This document shows positions 58,237 through 64,000 of a stretch of DNA of 64,000 nt, one piece after another. Source of the DNA: Candidatus Omnitrophota bacterium. GTDB taxonomy: Bacteria > Omnitrophota > Gorgyraeia > Gorgyraeales > Gorgyraeaceae. The stretch is from contig JBDRCN010000035.1 of assembly GCA_043821705.1 (NCBI GenBank), positions 43,321-107,320 on the forward strand. The letters run 5' to 3'. A model generated the notes under the pieces. That model worked only from the letters and a program-made list of their open reading frames with translations. It had not been told where the DNA came from and did not search any database. How positions within the stretch are numbered: the stretch's first letter is position 1; every line of letters begins with the position of its first letter. The translations under genes were made by a program, and so were the position numbers.

Positions 58237-58430
58237 CTATCATAATATACTAGAATTACTGTGTTATAAGCTAAAGAAAAGCTGTACGCGAATTTGAAAA
58301 TTTAGGCTTTTATGAAGCGTTTTTCGGGCTTGAAGAACTTGCCACCACAAAATACCATACCGGACATACCGGACCCGGGGTCCGATATGGTTAAGCCAAG
58401 CCATCCACTAATAAATAGATCTAAGTCTTA

Positions 58431-58587
58431 CTGCCAACCTGGTAGGCATGAGAAAAGCCTTGCTTTTTTGAGCGGGCACGGTCCCCGCCTATTTTAGCAC
58501 GATGCGGGGGAGCGAAAAAAAGCATGGAGTGAAAGCTGCCACGCTGGGGCAGCTAAACGTCTTTTCGAAGGCCTGCCAGGTTGGCAG
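58431..58587. mobile_element. MITE-like element (~157 bp) with 17-bp TIRs (1 mismatch)
   Basis: ctgccaacctggtaggc (58431-47) versus the reverse complement of gcctgccaggttggcag (58571-87). The interior gagcgggcacggt and ctgccacgctggggcag are reverse complements of modules in the 36860-37154 element. 58391-58413 shares gtaagccaagccatccRctaata with 4605-4627. Confidence 0.55.
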
Positions 58588-58608
58588 ATGGATGTAGGGA
58601 AAGTTTAA

Positions 58609-60384
58609 TTAATATTTCTGGAATATGTTGTAGATATTGACGAAACGTTCTATGTTAGGGTCTTCTATCTCCTCATAGTCATCCATATATGCTAAAAATT
58701 CTTTCTGGAGGGTCTTAGAATCTTTCCCGAGTATCTCAAAGAGCCACTCTACATCCTCTGATTCTTCGGTCTTGACCTCTGCTAATTTATTCTGGTACTT
58801 CACGAATTCATCTTTATAGTTATCCATCAAGAAATTCACAAATGCCCAGCTTTGAGCATACATATCGAGCATTATACCTGAATAGACACCTGGAAAACTC
58901 CCAAGCTTATAGTTTGTCAAAAATTCTATAGGATAAGCTGGTCCTTTTCTCAGCATCTCTTGAAATGTATAAAGAAGCATGTCATCTTGCTCTCCTAATG
59001 CAGATGTCTGGCAATAAGTAGCAGTACCTTCTGCAAGCCATGAATTAGCAGCTCTCATATCTATAGGAACATCCTGATTTGACTGCGTCATAAGAGTCTT
59101 AAAAAGTCTTGCTTTCTTCTTAGGGTCTTTTGTCTCAAGAAACTCTTTCTTTCTTCTTACCAAGTCGCTCGTTTCTCCTTTGAATTTAGAGACAATCACG
59201 CTTTGGATCCCCCAATTATGGAACACCTCATGTGCAAATTCATGCCTTAATACACTCATGGTCGAATCCCTGAACATATTTCTATAATAACTGTATGCTT
59301 CCCAGAACTTGTCCTTTATCTTTTTTGCCATGCCTTCTATAAAAATATGATATCTTTTATCGACCATACCCTGTACATCCTCGACGATATCATCTATGGT
59401 TCTCCCAGTCTCCCCTACCCAGGCCTCGAACATAAATTCTGAAAATCTATCTCCTAAAATGTTATACATATATAAAACTCTCTGCTGCGGATCAAAATAT
59501 CCCATAACAGCCCATCCTGGCACACCATCTGAAACAGCGTATTCAATAAAATCACTATAGTCATCAAATATGACCACGAAATTCTGCATCATAGGCTCTC
59601 TGTCTTTAAAGACATCGAAAAACTCAAGATATATATCTGTATATGTCCTTCTCAAAGTACCCTTACATTCCTTTACCCAAGTAGCATATGAATCAGTGAC
59701 TATAGTAAAGTTCCCTTCCGTATAAAATTCCATTTTTGAGAATAATTCCTCTAGATTCCTTCTTACCTTTCTCGTCTCTTCATTATCCACTGGCTTAAAT
59801 ATAATATTTTCTAATTGATCTCTTTCTATCTCTTGTTCAAAACGCGCTTCTTCTTCGCCGCCATAAAGTAAGGTCAACCTATCATCAGTAACATTGATTA
59901 TCTTCGCATCCAATATATTTGTATTTTTTAATCTTATTACAACACTATGCTCATAAGGCCAGTGCTCTGATATCTCTTTATTCGATAGTGTATCTTTTTC
60001 TCTAAGCGCTTCCTCAGGGTCTCCAATACGTTCTACCAGCCCAGCAAATACTATAGTCTCTTCATCTTTATACATGATCCTATATTCATCTTCTGTCTTA
60101 CTGATAAGCTCACCTATTATCATACTTCCATCCTTAAAATGTATAGCGATCTTTTCAAGCTTGTTATCTTTATATCTCTTCTCAAGTATGGCATCGCGTA
60201 TATTATCTTTTATTGAGCTTATAAAACCAGTGACCTTACCTAATGCACTCCAACTTCTAACATAAGGTAATCCTCTCTTCTCATCCTGCCTGAATTCTAT
60301 CAACCTATGGACGCTGCCGCCTATCACCAACAAAGAGATGACTACCACCAATATCTTTTTGACCATCTTTCCCTCCTTATGCAC
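58609..60384 (-). CDS. membrane-anchored HEXXH protein (putative zinc metallopeptidase-like, gluzincin-type)
   Basis: 591 aa. N-terminal signal anchor, HEFAHEVFH (HExxH) with a downstream Glu (AEGTATY), and an acidic C-terminus. It is flanked by inverted copies of the GC-rich hairpin repeat. Confidence 0.45.
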   Translation of the reverse strand: MHKEGKMVKKILVVVISLLVIGGSVHRLIEFRQDEKRGLPYVRSWSALGKVTGFISSIKDNIRDAILEKRYKDNKLEKIAIHFKDGSMIIGELISKTEDEYRIMYKDEETIVFAGLVERIGDPEEALREKDTLSNKEISEHWPYEHSVVIRLKNTNILDAKIINVTDDRLTLLYGGEEEARFEQEIERDQLENIIFKPVDNEETRKVRRNLEELFSKMEFYTEGNFTIVTDSYATWVKECKGTLRRTYTDIYLEFFDVFKDREPMMQNFVVIFDDYSDFIEYAVSDGVPGWAVMGYFDPQQRVLYMYNILGDRFSEFMFEAWVGETGRTIDDIVEDVQGMVDKRYHIFIEGMAKKIKDKFWEAYSYYRNMFRDSTMSVLRHEFAHEVFHNWGIQSVIVSKFKGETSDLVRRKKEFLETKDPKKKARLFKTLMTQSNQDVPIDMRAANSWLAEGTATYCQTSALGEQDDMLLYTFQEMLRKGPAYPIEFLTNYKLGSFPGVYSGIMLDMYAQSWAFVNFLMDNYKDEFVKYQNKLAEVKTEESEDVEWLFEILGKDSKTLQKEFLAYMDDYEEIEDPNIERFVNIYNIFQKY

Positions 60385-60444
60385 TAAGTATAATTATATA
60401 GCGCCCAAGCCCCAAAAACAACCTCAAACAACTCTCTGATAAAG

Positions 60445-60552
60445 TTTCAATAGCAGCGGGTGGTCGGCGATTGGGGACCCCGCAAGCGCGCAAGGCAAAG
60501 CCTGAGCACTTGCGGGGTGAATCGGCGGACAGGACCCGCTGCTATTGAAACT
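60445..60552. repeat. GC-rich ~100-nt hairpin repeat, copy C (near-perfect long palindrome)
   Basis: tttcaatagcagcgggtgg...cccgcaagcgcgcaaggcaaagcctgagcacttgcgggg...caggacccgctgctattgaaa. The outer arms extend the inverted repeat to ~108 nt. Confidence 0.8.
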
Positions 60553-60581
60553 CTAATACTTATCTGCTATACTATTTATCT

Positions 60582-61721
60582 ATGGAAAATGACTTTAAAG
60601 AAGGTTATCTTAAGGCGCAGTCAGAGCTTACAATGCTTTATGAGATAGGCAATGCCATGCGCACTACCCTGAACCTCGAAGAGATCCTATATGTAATACT
60701 CACTGCTGTAACCTCTCATACTGGCCTCAGTTTTAACAGGGCTATGCTATTTTTAGTAAATGAAAAAGATAACAAGCTTGAAGGCAAGATGGGCATAGGG
60801 CCGGATAGCGGGCAAGACGCGAATGTGATCTGGGCACATATTAAGAAACATAAACTAGGTCTTGAAGAGCTTATAGATGTCAGAGGCCTGGATCATCTTA
60901 AAATCTCCCAGCTCAATAAAAATGTAAAATCAATAAAGATCCCTATCTCTAATGATCTGGGCATAGTCTCTTATTCAGTGACAGAGGGCATGCCTTTTAT
61001 AATCAGTATCGATGAGATAAAAGACACCCCTGAGTTCGAATATCTGACACTTTTAAATCTAGAACTCTTTGTCACAGTGCCTCTTAAGGCAAGGGATAAG
61101 ATAATCGGCATTATATTCGCTGATAATCTCTTTGATAAAAAACCTATCACAGAAGATGACATACGCATGCTTACAATGTTTGCAAACCAGGCAGGACTTG
61201 CCATAGAAAATTCCAGGCTTTACGAAAGGACTGTCACTCTTTCAAATACAGATTCCCTCACTGGGCTATGGCATCATGGATTTTTCCAATATCTTCTAAA
61301 CCGGGCCATAGAAAATGCACTCTCTGAAAAATCATACTTTAGCTTACTCATGATAGATATAGATAATTTTAAGCAATATAATGATACATACGGCCATCAA
61401 GCTGGCGACAAGATACTGAAGGACATATCAAATATATTTAAAGACGCCTCTAGAAAGATAGACGATGTCGCTAGATATGGTGGTGAAGAATTCTCTGTCA
61501 TCCTACCTGACACTAGAAAAGAAGAAGCCAAGATACTTGCTGAGAGGCTTAGGAAGACTATCGAGAAAAGCCCTAGCCTTCAAGGAATAAAAGTAAGTAT
61601 CGGAGTATCCTCATTCCCAGACGATGCAGAAGTCAAAGAAGAACTTATCCTAAAAGCTGACAAAGCACTGTATAAAGCAAAAAAATCAGGAAAAAACAAG
61701 GTCTGTATAAGCAATATTTAG
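60582..61721 (+). CDS. GAF-domain diguanylate cyclase (GGDEF)
   Basis: 379 aa. N-terminal GAF domain and a C-terminal GGDEF domain with RYGGEEFSVIL (GGEEF A-site) and an upstream RxxD-like region. Confidence 0.85.
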   Translation: MENDFKEGYLKAQSELTMLYEIGNAMRTTLNLEEILYVILTAVTSHTGLSFNRAMLFLVNEKDNKLEGKMGIGPDSGQDANVIWAHIKKHKLGLEELIDVRGLDHLKISQLNKNVKSIKIPISNDLGIVSYSVTEGMPFIISIDEIKDTPEFEYLTLLNLELFVTVPLKARDKIIGIIFADNLFDKKPITEDDIRMLTMFANQAGLAIENSRLYERTVTLSNTDSLTGLWHHGFFQYLLNRAIENALSEKSYFSLLMIDIDNFKQYNDTYGHQAGDKILKDISNIFKDASRKIDDVARYGGEEFSVILPDTRKEEAKILAERLRKTIEKSPSLQGIKVSIGVSSFPDDAEVKEELILKADKALYKAKKSGKNKVCISNI

Positions 61722-61728
61722 TGAGAGA

Positions 61729-64000
61729 TCAGGCTGGTACGTCAGCTGGTTTTTCTTTTTTTGCTTCGTGGAATTTTACACTTACTACTTTCGATATCCC
61801 AGACTGCTGCATAGTTATGCCATACATCACATCTGCCCTATCAATAGTCTTTTTATTATGCGTGATGACAATGAATTGTGAAGTATTTGTAAACATATCT
61901 AGGCTTCTTGAAAACCTATCAACGTTTGATTCATCCAAAGGCGCGTCTATCTCATCCAACACACAGAACGGGCTAGGTTTGACCTTAAATATAGCGAATA
62001 TAAGTGAGATCGCAGTAAGTGCTCTTTCACCCCCTGAAAGCAGGCTCACGTTCTGAAGCCTCTTCCCAGGAGGACGAGCCACTATCTCTATGCCTGATTC
62101 AAGCACATTACCTTCGTCTAAGAGTATAAGTTCTCCCTCGCCACCGCCAAACATCATCTTGAAGAAATTCCTGAATTCGACTTGGATACTCCTAAACGTC
62201 TCTATAAAAAGTTCTTTTGTAGTCTTATTTATCTTGTCTATAGCCTTTAAAAGACTATCTTTTGCCTTCAGGAGGTCATCTCTCTGATTTGTCAAAAACT
62301 GGAACCTATCCTGCAACTCTGTGTGTTCTTCTATAGCTACAAGATTTACAGTGCCCATCAAATCCAGTTTTTCCCTTTTCTCATCGACTTCATTCTTGAG
62401 GGGGTCCAATTCTACATCTTGCCATCCCTCGCCAAGCTCTGTTTCTTTAAGGTCGACTTTATAGACATCCTTCATCCTTTGGCAGAGGTTATCAATACTA
62501 TAGCTCGTCTCCACTTTCTTCAGATCAGCGTTGTGGAAGTTCGATCTCAATCCATTTAGTTCTTCTTCTAATATCTTATAGGACTTATTGATCCTCTCTA
62601 TATTGGATATCAATTCTCTATATACGTTCTCAATTTCAAAAAGCGCATTGTCACTATCTATCTTTTTTGTAGATAGTTCACTTACTCTATTCTCAAGGAT
62701 CGATATATCTCTAGTCAATTCATCCACCTTGATGATCGAGTTCTTTATCTCATTATTTCTAGTCTCCAGGGAAAATTCCAAATCCCTCAATGAAGACTCT
62801 AATATCTGTAATGTACTGGAAAGCCCTTCTTTCTTGCTCTCCAGGGAACCAAGTTCTGTCTTCTGCTCTGCAGTCTCTATGAGAAGTTGTTCTTTCTCTT
62901 TCGCGTATTCATTAAGAAGCACCTCGGATTCTCTTATCCTTGCCTGATTCAACCTGGCTTCATTCTCAGCTTCATCTAAAGAGTTCTTCAGAGTCCCTTC
63001 TTCTCCTTTGAGCCTGGTGAGCTCCTGAGTAACTTCATCCAACTCCAGGTTCACTAATGCTATTTCATCTGAGACAGTCTTTATGTTCTCTTCTAGATGT
63101 TCTCTTCTAGTACTTACATTAGCCAAGAGGATCTCTTTTCCGCCTAAGACACTTGCTAGCCCTTTTATCTCTTCTTCTAGCTTTATTTTTCTAGATTCGC
63201 GATCCAGCTTTTCTTCTTCAAGTCCCTTGGAACGTTTTTCTGCCTCCTCGATAGATATATGAAGCTCTTTTATCCTGGCATCCCTATTTACCAGAGTAAA
63301 TCCTTCTTGCGAGACATCTCCTCCTGAAATAAAACCATTACTTACCATCTCCCCTAAAAGCGTGACAAGCCTGATATTCCCAGAAGAAGCTCTCTCGTTC
63401 AATATCCCGCGGGCTTCTATAAGATTTTTTACAATAAATATATTCTTTAACAGATTCTTTACGATCAAGCTGTAATGTTCGTCAATACGTATAAAGTCCA
63501 CTGCCTTACCTAATATTCTCGAATCGCTGATATCTATATCCTGGCCAAGTTCTCCTGGATCACTAAAAGACGGAGGATGTATAAATGAAGCCCTGCCAGA
63601 AGAATTATCCTTTAAGTAATCTATTGCTTTTTCTGCTGCGATCTTTTCATCTACTACAATAGACTGTAAATAATTTCCGAGTGAAGACTCTATAGCAACC
63701 TCATATCCATTCTCTACACTCAAAAGATTAGCTAAGACATCTTTTATCCCCTCTATGCCGTGCTGGGTCTTGCTTTCGCTCCCTAAAAGCGCCTTTACCC
63801 CAGAAGAAAAACCTTCATATTTTGCCTTTGCCTCTTCCAAGGCTTCGAGCTTGGACATATCTACAGCTAATGTCCTATTAAGTTGCTGAAGATTATCCAC
63901 AACACTTGCTATAGCAAGTGTTGTCTCATCAATGTTCTTAGAGCATTCTTCTTTTTGGCTTCTTATAGAACTGACTTCTTCTTCCAGTCCTCTCTGTTCC
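61729..64000 (-). CDS. smc: chromosome segregation protein SMC (3' portion; the N-terminus lies beyond the window end)
   Basis: The reading frame stays open to position 64000; the ORF track's 63900 start is an internal GTG. Long coiled-coil, hinge-like GG region, ABC signature LSGGERALTAISL, and Walker B LDEIDAPLD. Confidence 0.85.
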   Translation of the reverse strand, partial: EQRGLEEEVSSIRSQKEECSKNIDETTLAIASVVDNLQQLNRTLAVDMSKLEALEEAKAKYEGFSSGVKALLGSESKTQHGIEGIKDVLANLLSVENGYEVAIESSLGNYLQSIVVDEKIAAEKAIDYLKDNSSGRASFIHPPSFSDPGELGQDIDISDSRILGKAVDFIRIDEHYSLIVKNLLKNIFIVKNLIEARGILNERASSGNIRLVTLLGEMVSNGFISGGDVSQEGFTLVNRDARIKELHISIEEAEKRSKGLEEEKLDRESRKIKLEEEIKGLASVLGGKEILLANVSTRREHLEENIKTVSDEIALVNLELDEVTQELTRLKGEEGTLKNSLDEAENEARLNQARIRESEVLLNEYAKEKEQLLIETAEQKTELGSLESKKEGLSSTLQILESSLRDLEFSLETRNNEIKNSIIKVDELTRDISILENRVSELSTKKIDSDNALFEIENVYRELISNIERINKSYKILEEELNGLRSNFHNADLKKVETSYSIDNLCQRMKDVYKVDLKETELGEGWQDVELDPLKNEVDEKREKLDLMGTVNLVAIEEHTELQDRFQFLTNQRDDLLKAKDSLLKAIDKINKTTKELFIETFRSIQVEFRNFFKMMFGGGEGELILLDEGNVLESGIEIVARPPGKRLQNVSLLSGGERALTAISLIFAIFKVKPSPFCVLDEIDAPLDESNVDRFSRSLDMFTNTSQFIVITHNKKTIDRADVMYGITMQQSGISKVVSVKFHEAKKEKPADVPA

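Noticed and set aside
1-64000. CRISPR arrays, rRNA genes, restriction-modification, toxin-antitoxin or other canonical defence genes
   Set aside because: No regularly spaced direct repeats with unique spacers and no rRNA-like conserved blocks were seen. The only tandem repeats are the 14-mers inside aroA and a 13-bp x2 repeat at ~16540-16568. The methyltransferases here are in glycan-biosynthesis context with no adjacent endonuclease-like ORF.

Overview
This is an AT-rich bacterial chromosomal window. Nearly all genes are on the minus strand and tightly packed. Core genes: mreBCD (mreD runs off the 5' edge), aroA, a zf-HC2 anti-sigma/ECF sigma pair next to spoVG, rluD-like, thrC-hom with a PilZ gene upstream, one tRNA-Pro(GGG), gpsA, lspA, a DksA/TraR-family gene, ileS and mtnP. 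A complete dcw cluster runs mraZ-rsmH-ftsL-ftsI-murE-murF-mraY-murD-ftsW-murG-murC-murB-ddl-ftsQ-ftsA and is followed directly by proC; no ftsZ is present in the window. Next come ribF-truB-nrnA-rbfA, a short CCA-enzyme head-domain gene, and an ~18 kb glycoconjugate locus. That locus holds the GDP-D-glycero-alpha-D-manno-heptose genes gmhA/hddA/hddC/gmhB, several GT2 enzymes, a Dpm1-like GT2 plus a PMT/ArnT-like GT-C, two DegT aminotransferases, two SDR enzymes, two SAM methyltransferases, a CgeB-like protein and a GT9 heptosyltransferase. After it lie a HEXXH membrane protein, a GAF-GGDEF diguanylate cyclase on the plus strand, and a 3'-partial smc. The most unusual signal is a dense set of short GC-rich repeat families in this AT-rich background. 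One family is a ~100-nt hairpin with compensatory base changes between copies, and two copies flank the HEXXH gene in inverted orientation. A second is a GTGACATGTGAC motif family that fills two dcw intergenic gaps. There are two TIR-bounded MITE-like elements that share internal modules. There are also in-frame insertions of tandem 14-mers into aroA and a perfect 36-bp palindrome into proC. A 42-nt direct repeat of the tRNA-Pro 3' half points to an integration scar. No CRISPR array, rRNA or obvious defence gene was seen. Lineage cannot be assigned from this window.
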